The notes beneath the pieces are model-generated. The model worked only from the letters and a program-made list of their open reading frames with translations, ran no database searches and was not told the origin of the DNA. From Laetmonice hystrix (taxonomy: Eukaryota): a stretch of 64,000 bases of DNA. Made by a program: the position numbers and the translations under genes. Each line of letters starts with the position of its first letter. The stretch's first letter is position 1. The DNA is taken from NCBI GenBank assembly GCA_965235115.1, contig OZ249436.1:24740001-24804000 (forward strand), written 5' to 3'. Below, piece by piece: positions 1 to 12,500 of the stretch.

Positions 1-884
1 CAGCGCCATCAACTCGCATACAGGCGTAAAAGCAAACGCACTGCCCCATATAATGCTCCCAGCCTAAGACGATGTTGCAATTAATTTAAGATTAACAAGA
101 TGCACTAGTAATCCGATCCAAGCCTAATTACGTCATTGCTAGTTTCATAACCAAATCTCACAGAAAATACCCCACCCGCGCACATAACCTGAAAATATTC
201 AACTTTTATCTCCAATGTATCCCTGTGCACCTAGTAGCACACAAGCGGGCCCAATTTTGACATCCCAACACAAATACCGCAAATACCCGCCTAATGGCAC
301 AAAAAACTTTCTACCCCGTTGCAAGTCACATTAGCGTGCTGCTTGTCGTAAAAAATGGTGCAGACCATTTCTAAAGTCACAGTACCCCACTCCCGTCCTA
401 ATATTACGTTTCAGTATCCATATACGCTGCAAGCGGCAGGAACTCGAATACAGGCCTAAAAGTAACCTCAGTCTAGCAATATCATACTCCCATGCCATAT
501 ACGAGCTTGTAATTATCTTTAATTAATGGGCTCCGCAGCACCAACCCACTGCATTAACATTTGTTTAACAGCTTAACGCACCTTGTAAAATTTTTTTAAG
601 TGCGTAAAAATGCGTGTCCACCTCCACATACTTTAAAAATCACTATACCCACCCAGCGACATCCACTCTAATACACGCCTAAAAGGAACTTCACTGTCCC
701 ATTTGATTCTCCAGCACGTATAGGATGTTTCAAGTAACATTCATCCACGGTCTGGCCCAATAACGTGCAACAAGGCATAGTAAGTCAATGCGAGCTCGCA
801 TGTCAAACCTAACCCGCCCCCAAGCACATGAGCTGAAAATATTCAAATAGCTTGAAAACTAGAATATAGCTTTGCTTAATACCA
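1..884. repeat. A half-monomer (~884 bp) of the dimeric satellite unit (first copy shown; present in every unit)
   Basis: Collinear with 885-1755: CCATCAACTCGCAT (6 vs 890), TTAACAAGATGCACTA (92 vs 958), CCAAGCCTAATTA, ATAACCAAATCTCA, AAGTGCGTAAAA, TAGCTTGAAAACTAGAATATAGCTTTG (848 vs 1707). The A/B boundary is arbitrary to within a few bases. Confidence 0.93.
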
Positions 885-1755
885 TTATACCATCAACTCG
901 CATTACAGGCCTAATGCGAAGCTCCCAGCCTAAAACGAGTTTCCAATTAATTTAAAGTTAACAAGATGCACTAATAATCGATTCCAAGCCTAATTAGGCC
1001 ATTGCTAGTTGGATAACCAAATCTCATACAAAATACACCCTCCCGGCAGATGACCTGAGAATATTCAACTCTTATGTCCGATATATCCCTGTCCGCTTTG
1101 TAGCACCCAGCCGGGCCCCCATTTTGACATTGCAACACCAATACAGCAAGTGCCCAGCTAACAGCACAAATAACAGGATTCAGGGCTTCCTACCACGTTA
1201 CGAGTCACAATAGATTGCTGCCTGTCGTAAAAATATACCAGACCATTTTAAAAAGTCACAGAACCCCAATCCGGCCCTAATATGTCACTCCCAGTACCAA
1301 TACACTCTGGAAGCACCATCAACTGAAATTCAGGCCTAGAACCCACCTCTCTCTACCAATATCATGCACCTAGTCCGTATACGAGGTTGTAATTTACTTT
1401 AATCAACGGGCTGCGCCGCAGCAACCCACTCTGGTCTTTGCAATCTTTTTCAATATGCGTTAACATTTGTAACCAGCTCAACGCGCCTTGTAAAATTTTT
1501 CAAAGTGCGTAAAAGTGTGTGTCCACCCCGACACGCTTTCCAAACCACTATACCCACCGAGCGACATCCACTCAAATACAGGCTTCGACCGATCCTCACT
1601 GTGCCAATAATCCGCCACAAGGCAAATTCAGTCAATGCAAGCTGGAAAATCGAATGTCAAACCTAATGCTCCCCCCCCCCCAGCACGTTAACTGAAAATA
1701 ATCAACTAGCTTGAAAACTAGAATATAGCTTTGTTAAGCTAACAATCTACTCTTC
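885..1755. repeat. B half-monomer (~870 bp) of the dimeric satellite unit (first copy shown; present in every unit)
   Basis: Diverged paralogue of 1-884 with the same block order, many substitutions and several indels. It lacks ~58 bp present in A at ~700-757 and has an extra CTGGTCTTTGCAATCTTTTTCAATAT at 1431-1456. Confidence 0.93.
1671..1681 (+). repeat. Variable poly-C tract (C11 here; C7-C14 across units)
   Basis: AATGCT-C(n)-AGCACG occurs in every unit, e.g. C14 at 3426-3439 and C7 at 43764-43770. It accounts for almost all unit-length variation. Confidence 0.95.
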
Positions 1756-3513
1756 CAGCGCCATCAACTCGCATACAGGCGTAAAAGCAAACGCACTGCC
1801 CCATATAATGCTCCCAGCCTAAAACGATGTTGCAATTAATTTAAAATTAACAAGATGCACTAGTAATCCGATCCAAGCCTAATTACGTCATTGCTAGTTT
1901 CATAACCAAATCTCACAGAAAATACCCCACCCGCGCACATAACCTGAAAATATTCAACTTTTATCTCCAATGTATCCCTGTGCACCTAGTAGCACCCAAG
2001 CGGGCCCAATTTTGACATTCCAACACAAATACCGCAAATACCCGCCTAATGGCACAAAAAACTTTCTACCCCGTTGCAAGTCACATTAGCTTGCTGCTTG
2101 TCGTAAAAAATGGTGCAGACCATTTCTAAAGTCACAGTACCCCACTCCCGGCCTAATATTACGTTTCAGTATCCATATACGCTGCAAGCGGCAGGAACTC
2201 GAATACAGGCCTAAAAGTAACCCCAGTCTAGCAATATCATACTCTCATGCCATATACGAGCTTGTAATTATCTTTAAATAATGGGCTCCGCAGCACTAAC
2301 CCACTGCATTAACATTTGTTTAACAGCTTAACGCACCTTGTAAAAAATTTTCAAGTGCGTAAAAATGCGTGTCCACCTCCACATACTTTAAAAATCACTA
2401 TACCCACCCAGCGACATTCACTCTAATACACGCCTAAGAGGAACTTCACTGTCCCATTTGATTCTCCAGCACGTATAGGATGTTTCAAGTAACATTTATC
2501 CACGGTCTGGCCCAATAACGTGCAACAAGGCATAGTAAGTCAATGCGACCTCGCATGTCAAACCTAACCCGCCCCCCAGCACATGAGCTGGAGATATTCA
2601 AATAGCTTGAAAACTAGAATATAGCTTTGCTTAATACCATTATACCATCAACTCGCATTACAGGCCTAATGCGAAGCTCCCAGCCTAAAACGAGTTTCCA
2701 ATTAATTTAAAGTTAACAAGATGCACTAATAATCGATTCCAAGCCTAATTAGGCCATTGCTAGTTGGATAACCAAATCTCATACAAAATACACCCTCCCG
2801 GCAGATGACCTGAGAATATTCAACTCTTATGTCCGATATATCCCTGTCCGCTTAGTAGCACCCAGCCGGGCCCCCATTTTGACATTGCAACACCAATACA
2901 GCAAGTGCCCAGCTAACAGCACAAATAACAGGATTCAGGGCTTCCTACCACGTTACAAGTCACAATAGATTGCTGCCTGTCGTAAAAATATACCAGACCA
3001 TTTTAAAAAGTCACAGAACCCCAATCCGGCCCTAATATGTCACTCCCAGTACCAATAGACGCTGGAAGCACCATCAACTGAAATTCAGGCCTAGAACCCA
3101 CCTCTCTCTACCAATATCATGCACCTAGTCCGTATACGAGGTTGTAATTTACTTTAATCAACGGGCTGCGCCGCAGCAACCCACTCTGGTCTTTGCAATC
3201 TTTTTCAATATGCGTTAACATTTGTGACCAGCTCAACGCGCCTTGTAAAATTTTTCAAAGTGCGTAAAAGTGTGTGTCCACCCCGACACGCTTTCCAAAC
3301 CACTATACCCACTGAGCGACATCCACTCAAATACAGGCTTCGACCGATCCTCACTGTGCCAATAATCCGCCACAAGGCAAATTCAGTCAATGCAAGCTGG
3401 AAAATCGAATGTCAAACCTAATGCTCCCCCCCCCCCCCCAGCACGTTAACTGAAAAAAATCAACTAGCTTGAAAACTAGAATATAGCTTTGTTTAGCTAA
3501 CAATCTACTCTCC

Positions 3514-6500
3514 CAGCGCCATCAACTCGCATACAGGCGTAAAAGCAAACGCACTGCCCCATATAATGCTCCCAGCCTAAGACGATGTTGCAATTAATTT
3601 AAGATTAACAAGATGCACTAGTAATCCGATCCAAGCCTAATTACGTCATTGCTAGTTTCATAACCAAATCTCACAGAAAATACCCCACCCGCGCACATAA
3701 CCTGAAAATATTCAACTTTTATCTCCAATGTATCCCTGTGCACCTAGTAGCACACAAGCGGGCCCAATTTTGACATCCCAACACAAATACCGCAAATACC
3801 CGCCTAATGGCACAAAAAACTTTCTACCCCGTTGCAAGTCACATTAGCGTGCTGCTTGTCGTAAAAAATGGTGCAGACCATTTCTAAAGTCACAGTACCC
3901 CACTCCCGGCCTAATATTACGTTTCAGTATCCATATACGCTGCAAGCGGCAGGAACTCGAATACAGGCCTAAAAGTAACCTCAGTCTAGCAATATCATAC
4001 TCCCATGCCATATACGAGCTTGTAATTATCTTTAATTAATGGGCTCCGCAGCACCAACCCACTGCATTAACATTTGTTTAACAGCTTAACGCACCTTGTA
4101 AAATTTTTTCAAGTGCGTAAAAATGCGTGTCCACCTCCACATACTTTAAAAATCACTATACCCACCCAGCGACATCCACTCTAATACACGCCTAAAAGGA
4201 ACTTCACTGTCCCATTTGATTCTCCAGCACGTATAGGATGTTTCAAGTAACATTCATCCACGGTCTGGCCCAATAACGTGCAACAAGGCATAGTAAGTCA
4301 ATGCGAGCTCGCATGTCAAACCTAACCCGCCCCCAAGCACATGAGCTGAAAATATTCAAATAGCTTGAAAACTAGAATATAGCTTTGCTTAATACCATTA
4401 TACCATCAACTCGCATTACAGGCCTAATGCGAAGCTCCCAGCCTAAAACGAGTTTCCAATTAATTTAAAGTTAACAAGATGCACTAATAATCGATTCCAA
4501 GCCTAATTAGGCCATTGCTAGTTGGATAACCAAATCTCATACAAAATACACCCTCCCGGCAGATGACCTGAGAATATTCAACTCTTATGTCCGATATATC
4601 CCTGTCCGCTTAGTAGCACCCAGCCGGGCCCCCATTTTGACATTGCAACACCAATACAGCAAGTGCCCAGCTAACAGCACAAATAACAGGATTCAGGGCT
4701 TCCTACCACGTTACAAGTCACAATAGATTGCTGCCTGTCGTAAAAATATACCAGACCATTTTAAAAAGTCACAGAACCCCAAACCGGCCCTAATATGTCA
4801 CTCCCAGTACCAATAGACGCTGGAAGCACCATCAACTGAAATTCAGGCCTAGAACCCACCTCTCTCTACCAATATCATGCACCTAGTCCGTATACGAGGT
4901 TGTAATTTACTTTAATCAACGGGCTGCGCCGCAGCAACCCACTCTGGTCTTTGCAATCTTTTTCAATATGCGTTAACATTTGTGACCAGCTCAACGCGCC
5001 TTGTAAAATTTTTCAAAGTGCGTAAAAGTGTGTGTCCACCCCGACACGCTTTCCAAACCACTATACCCACCGAGCGACATCCACTCAAATACAGGCTTCG
5101 ACCGATCCTCACTGTGCCAATAATCCGCCACAAGGCAAATTCAGTCAATGCAAGCTGGAAAATCGAATGTCAAACCTAATGCTCCCCCCCCCAGCACGTT
5201 AACTGAAAAAAATCAACTAGCTTGAAAACTAGAATATAGCTTTGTTTAGCTAACAATCTACTCTCCCAGCGCCATCAACTCGCATACAGGCGTAAAAGCA
5301 AACGCACTGCCCCATATAATGCTCCCAGCCTAAGACGATGTTGCAATTAATTTAAGATTAACAAGATGCACTAGTAATCCGATCCAAGCCTAATTACGTC
5401 ATTGCTAGTTTCATAACCAAATCTCACAGAAAATACCCCACCCGCGCACATAACCTGAAAATATTCAACTTTTATCTCCAATGTATCCCTGTGCACCTAG
5501 TAGCACACAAGCGGGCCCAATTTTGACATCCCAACACAAATACCGCAAATACCCGCCTAATGGCACAAAAAACTTTCTACCCCGTTGCAAGTCACATTAG
5601 CGTGCTGCTTGTCGTAAAAAATGGTGCAGACCATTTCTAAAGTCACAGTACCCCACTCCCGTCCTAATATTACGTTTCAGTATCCATATACGCTGCAAGC
5701 GGCAGGAACTCGAATACAGGCCTAAAAGTAACCTCAGTCTAGCAATATCATACTCCCATGCCATATACGAGCTTGTAATTATCTTTAATTAATGGGCTCC
5801 GCAGCACCAACCCACTGCATTAACATTTGTTTAACAGCTTAACGCACCTTGTAAAATTTTTTCAAGTGCGTAAAAATGCGTGTCCACCTCCACATACTTT
5901 AAAAATCACTATACCCACCCAGCGACATCCACTCTAATACACGCCTAAAAGGAACTTCACTGTCCCATTTGATTCTCCAGCACGTATAGGATGTTTCAAG
6001 TAACATTCATCCACGGTCTGGCCCAATAACGTGCAACAAGGCATAGTAAGTCAATGCGAGCTCGCATGTCAAACCTAACCCGCCCCCAAGCACATGAGCT
6101 GAAAATATTCAAATAGCTTGAAAACTAGAATATAGCTTTGCTTAATACCATTATACCATCAACTCGCATTACAGGCCTAATGCGAAGCTCCCAGCCTAAA
6201 ACGAGTTTCCAATTAATTTAAAGTTAACAAGATGCACTAATAATCGATTCCAAGCCTAATTAGGCCATTGCTAGTTGGATAACCAAATCTCATACAAAAT
6301 ACACCCTCCCGGCAGATGACCTGAGAATATTCAACTCTTATGTCCGATATATCCCTGTCCGCTTTGTAGCACCCAGCCGGGCCCCCATTTTGACATTGCA
6401 ACACCAATACAGCAAGTGCCCAGCTAACAGCACAAATAACAGGATTCAGGGCTTCCTACCACGTTACAAGTCACAATAGATTGCTGCCTGTCGTAAAAAT

Positions 6501-9500
6501 ATACCAGACCATTTTAAAAAGTCACAGAACCCCAATCCGGCCCTAATATGTCACTCCCAGTACCAATAGACGCTGGAAGCACCATCAACTGAAATTCAGG
6601 CCTAGAACCCACCTCTCTCTACCAATATCATGCACCTAGTCCGTATACGAGGTTGTAATTTACTTTAATCAACGGGCTGCGCCGCAGCAACCCACTCTGG
6701 TCTTTGCAATCTTTTTCAATATGCGTTAACATTTGTGACCAGCTCAACGCGCCTTGTAAAATTTTTCAAAGTGCGTAAAAGTGTGTGTCCACCCCGACAC
6801 GCTTTCCAAACCACTATACCCACCGAGCGACATCCACTCAAATACAGGCTTCGACCGATCCTCACTGTGCCAATAATCCGCCACAAGGCAAATTCAGTCA
6901 ATGCAAGCTGGAAAATCGAATGTCAAACCTAATGCTCCCCCCCCCCAGCACGTTAACTGAAAAAAATCAACTAGCTTGAAAACTAGAATATAGCTTTGTT
7001 AAGCTAACAATCTACTCTCCCAGCGCCATCAACTCGCATACAGGCGTAAAAGCAAACGCACTGCCCCATATAATGCTCCCAGCCTAAGACGATGTTGCAA
7101 TTAATTTAAGATTAACAAGATGCACTAGTAATCCGATCCAAGCCTAATTACGTCATTGCTAGTTTCATAACCAAATCTCACAGAAAATACCCCACCCGCG
7201 CACATAACCTGAAAATATTCAACTTTTATCTCCAATGTATCCCTGTGCACCTAGTAGCACACAAGCGGGCCCAATTTTGACATCCCAACACAAATACCGC
7301 AAATACCCGCCTAATGGCACAAAAAACTTTCTACCCCGTTGCAAGTCACATTAGCGTGCTGCTTGTCGTAAAAAATGGTGCAGACCATTTCTAAAGTCAC
7401 AGTACCCCACTCCCGGCCTAATATTACGTTTCAGTATCCATATACGCTGCAAGCGGCAGGAACTCGAATACAGGCCTAAAAGTAACCTCAGTCTAGCAAT
7501 ATCATACTCCCATGCCATATACGAGCTTGTAATTATCTTTAATTAATGGGCTCCGCAGCACCAACCCACTGCATTAACATTTGTTTAACAGCTTAACGCA
7601 CCTTGTAAAATTTTTTCAAGTGCGTAAAAATGCGTGTCCACCTCCACATACTTTAAAAATCACTATACCCACCCAGCGACATCCACTCTAATACACGCCT
7701 AAAAGGAACTTCACTGTCCCATTTGATTCTCCAGCACGTATAGGATGTTTCAAGTAACATTCATCCACGGTCTGGCCCAATAACGTGCAACAAGGCATAG
7801 TAAGTCAATGCGAGCTCGCATGTCAAACCTAACCCGCCCCCAAGCACATGAGCTGAAAATATTCAAATAGCTTGAAAACTAGAATATAGCTTTGCTTAAT
7901 ACCATTATACCATCAACTCGCATTACAGGCCTAATGCGAAGCTCCCAGCCTAAAACGAGTTTCCAATTAATTTAAAGTTAACAAGATGCACTAATAATCG
8001 ATTCCAAGCCTAATTAGGCCATTGCTAGTTGGATAACCAAATCTCATACAAAATACACCCTCCCGGCAGATGACCTGAGAATATTCAACTCTTATGTCCG
8101 ATATATCCCTGTCCGCTTAGTAGCACCCAGCCGGGCCCCCATTTTGACATTGCAACACCAATACAGCAAGTGCCCAGCTAACAGCACAAATAACAGGATT
8201 CAGGGCTTCCTACCACGTTACAAGTCACAATAGATTGCTGCCTGTCGTAAAAATATACCAGACCATTTTAAAAAGTCACAGAACCCCAAACCGGCCCTAA
8301 TATGTCACTCCCAGTACCAATAGACGCTGGAAGCACCATCAACTGAAATTCAGGCCTAGAACCCACCTCTCTCTACCAATATCATGCACCTAGTCCGTAT
8401 ACGAGGTTGTAATTTACTTTAATCAACGGGCTGCGCCGCAGCAACCCACTCTGGTCTTTGCAATCTTTTTCAATATGCGTTAACATTTGTGACCAGCTCA
8501 ACGCGCCTTGTAAAATTTTTCAAAGTGCGTAAAAGTGTGTGTCCACCCCGACACGCTTTCCAAACCACTATACCCACCGAGCGACATCCACTCAAATACA
8601 GGCTTCGACCGATCCTCACTGTGCCAATAATCCGCCACAAGGCAAATTCAGTCAATGCAAGCTGGAAAATCGAATGTCAAACCTAATGCTCCCCCCCCCA
8701 GCACGTTAACTGAAAAAAATCAACTAGCTTGAAAACTAGAATATAGCTTTGTTTAGCTAACAATCTACTCTCCCAGCGCCATCAACTCGCATACAGGCGT
8801 AAAAGCAAACGCACTGCCCCATATAATGCTCCCAGCCTAAGACGATGTTGCAATTAATTTAAGATTAACAAGATGCACTAGTAATCCGATCCAAGCCTAA
8901 TTACGTCATTGCTAGTTTCATAACCAAATCTCACAGAAAATACCCCACCCGCGCACATAACCTGAAAATATTCAACTTTTATCTCCAATGTATCCCTGTG
9001 CACCTAGTAGCACACAAGCGGGCCCAATTTTGACATCCCAACACAAATACCGCAAATACCCGCCTAATGGCACAAAAAACTTTCTACCCCGTTGCAAGTC
9101 ACATTAGCGTGCTGCTTGTCGTAAAAAATGGTGCAGACCATTTCTAAAGTCACAGTACCCCACTCCCGTCCTAATATTACGTTTCAGTATCCATATACGC
9201 TGCAAGCGGCAGGAACTCGAATACAGGCCTAAAAGTAACCTCAGTCTAGCAATATCATACTCCCATGCCATATACGAGCTTGTAATTATCTTTAATTAAT
9301 GGGCTCCGCAGCACCAACCCACTGCATTAACATTTGTTTAACAGCTTAACGCACCTTGTAAAATTTTTTCAAGTGCGTAAAAATGCGTGTCCACCTCCAC
9401 ATACTTTAAAAATCACTATACCCACCCAGCGACATCCACTCTAATACACGCCTAAAAGGAACTTCACTGTCCCATTTGATTCTCCAGCACGTATAGGATG

Positions 9501-12500
9501 TTTCAAGTAACATTCATCCACGGTCTGGCCCAATAACGTGCAACAAGGCATAGTAAGTCAATGCGAGCTCGCATGTCAAACCTAACCCGCCCCCAAGCAC
9601 ATGAGCTGAAAATATTCAAATAGCTTGAAAACTAGAATATAGCTTTGCTTAATACCATTATACCATCAACTCGCATTACAGGCCTAATGCGAAGCTCCCA
9701 GCCTAAAACGAGTTTCCAATTAATTTAAAGTTAACAAGATGCACTAATAATCGATTCCAAGCCTAATTAGGCCATTGCTAGTTGGATAACCAAATCTCAT
9801 ACAAAATACACCCTCCCGGCAGATGACCTGAGAATATTCAACTCTTATGTCCGATATATCCCTGTCCGCTTTGTAGCACCCAGCCGGGCCCCCATTTTGA
9901 CATTGCAACACCAATACAGCAAGTGCCCAGCTAACAGCACAAATAACAGGATTCAGGGCTTCCTACCACGTTACAAGTCACAATAGATTGCTGCCTGTCG
10001 TAAAAATATACCAGACCATTTTAAAAAGTCACAGAACCCCAATCCGGCCCTAATATGTCACTCCCAGTACCAATAGACGCTGGAAGCACCATCAACTGAA
10101 ATTCAGGCCTAGAACCCACCTCTCTCTACCAATATCATGCACCTAGTCCGTATACGAGGTTGTAATTTACTTTAATCAACGGGCTGCGCCGCAGCAACCC
10201 ACTCTGGTCTTTGCAATCTTTTTCAATATGCGTTAACATTTGTGACCAGCTCAACGCGCCTTGTAAAATTTTTCAAAGTGCGTAAAAGTGTGTGTCCACC
10301 CCGACACGCTTTCCAAACCACTATACCCACCGAGCGACATCCACTCAAATACAGGCTTCGACCGATCCTCACTGTGCCAATAATCCGCCACAAGGCAAAT
10401 TCAGTCAATGCAAGCTGGAAAATCGAATGTCAAACCTAATGCTCCCCCCCCCCAGCACGTTAACTGAAAAAAATCAACTAGCTTGAAAACTAGAATATAG
10501 CTTTGTTAAGCTAACAATCTACTCTCCCAGCGCCATCAACTCGCATACAGGCGTAAAAGCAAACGCACTGCCCCATATAATGCTCCCAGCCTAAGACGAT
10601 GTTGCAATTAATTTAAGATTAACAAGATGCACTAGTAATCCGATCCAAGCCTAATTACGTCATTGCTAGTTTCATAACCAAATCTCACAGAAAATACCCC
10701 ACCCGCGCACATAACCTGAAAATATTCAACTTTTATCTCCAATGTATCCCTGTGCACCTAGTAGCACACAAGCGGGCCCAATTTTGACATCCCAACACAA
10801 ATACCGCAAATACCCGCCTAATGGCACAAAAAACTTTCTACCCCGTTGCAAGTCACATTAGCGTGCTGCTTGTCGTAAAAAATGGTGCAGACCATTTCTA
10901 AAGTCACAGTACCCCACTCCCGGCCTAATATTACGTTTCAGTATCCATATACGCTGCAAGCGGCAGGAACTCGAATACAGGCCTAAAAGTAACCTCAGTC
11001 TAGCAATATCATACTCCCATGCCATATACGAGCTTGTAATTATCTTTAATTAATGGGCTCCGCAGCACCAACCCACTGCATTAACATTTGTTTAACAGCT
11101 TAACGCACCTTGTAAAATTTTTTCAAGTGCGTAAAAATGCGTGTCCACCTCCACATACTTTAAAAATCACTATACCCACCCAGCGACATCCACTCTAATA
11201 CACGCCTAAAAGGAACTTCACTGTCCCATTTGATTCTCCAGCACGTATAGGATGTTTCAAGTAACATTCATCCACGGTCTGGCCCAATAACGTGCAACAA
11301 GGCATAGTAAGTCAATGCGAGCTCGCATGTCAAACCTAACCCGCCCCCAAGCACATGAGCTGAAAATATTCAAATAGCTTGAAAACTAGAATATAGCTTT
11401 GCTTAATACCATTATACCATCAACTCGCATTACAGGCCTAATGCGAAGCTCCCAGCCTAAAACGAGTTTCCAATTAATTTAAAGTTAACAAGATGCACTA
11501 ATAATCGATTCCAAGCCTAATTAGGCCATTGCTAGTTGGATAACCAAATCTCATACAAAATACACCCTCCCGGCAGATGACCTGAGAATATTCAACTCTT
11601 ATGTCCGATATATCCCTGTCCGCTTAGTAGCACCCAGCCGGGCCCCCATTTTGACATTGCAACACCAATACAGCAAGTGCCCAGCTAACAGCACAAATAA
11701 CAGGATTCAGGGCTTCCTACCACGTTACAAGTCACAATAGATTGCTGCCTGTCGTAAAAATATACCAGACCATTTTAAAAAGTCACAGAACCCCAAACCG
11801 GCCCTAATATGTCACTCCCAGTACCAATAGACGCTGGAAGCACCATCAACTGAAATTCAGGCCTAGAACCCACCTCTCTCTACCAATATCATGCACCTAG
11901 TCCGTATACGAGGTTGTAATTTACTTTAATCAACGGGCTGCGCCGCAGCAACCCACTCTGGTCTTTGCAATCTTTTTCAATATGCGTTAACATTTGTGAC
12001 CAGCTCAACGCGCCTTGTAAAATTTTTCAAAGTGCGTAAAAGTGTGTGTCCACCCCGACACGCTTTCCAAACCACTATACCCACCGAGCGACATCCACTC
12101 AAATACAGGCTTCGACCGATCCTCACTGTGCCAATAATCCGCCACAAGGCAAATTCAGTCAATGCAAGCTGGAAAATCGAATGTCAAACCTAATGCTCCC
12201 CCCCCCCAGCACGTTAACTGAAAAAAATCAACTAGCTTGAAAACTAGAATATAGCTTTGTTTAGCTAACAATCTACTCTCCCAGCGCCATCAACTCGCAT
12301 ACAGGCGTAAAAGCAAACGCACTGCCCCATATAATGCTCCCAGCCTAAGACGATGTTGCAATTAATTTAAGATTAACAAGATGCACTAGTAATTCGATCC
12401 AAGCCTAATTACGTCATTGCTAGTTTCATAACCAAATCTCACAGAAAATACCCCACCCACGCACATAACCTGAAAATATTCAACTTTTATCTCCAATGTA

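Noticed and set aside
40..60. TATAAT/TTGACA hexamers (49-54, 257-262, 1124-1129) as bacterial promoters
   Set aside because: They are not in -35/-10 spacing, no downstream gene exists, and such hexamers are expected by chance.
972..977. TAATAA at empty sites as an excision footprint or a TAA Harbinger TSD
   Set aside because: All 34 empty units have it, and the A paralogue has TAGTAA, so it is ancestral satellite sequence. Relative to the empty site no TAA is added by the insertion.
1450..1635. 61-aa minus-strand ORF repeated 36 times (MTEFALWR...)
   Set aside because: Near the length threshold, TTG start, no recognisable domain, and the A paralogue is disrupted by a 58-bp indel. Identity across copies simply reflects the satellite.
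1..1755. Tandem RNA-gene or histone array (5S rDNA, tRNA, snRNA, SL RNA) suggested by the unit size
   Set aside because: I could not recognise 5S, tRNA or snRNA signature sequences on either strand, and there are no histone ORFs. An Infernal/Rfam scan of one unit would settle it.
3224..3421. 65-aa and 63-65-aa plus-strand ORFs (MTSSTRLV..., MSTPTRFP...)
   Set aside because: GTG starts. They appear and vanish with the GTG/GTA SNP and with poly-C length modulo 3, as expected of chance frames.
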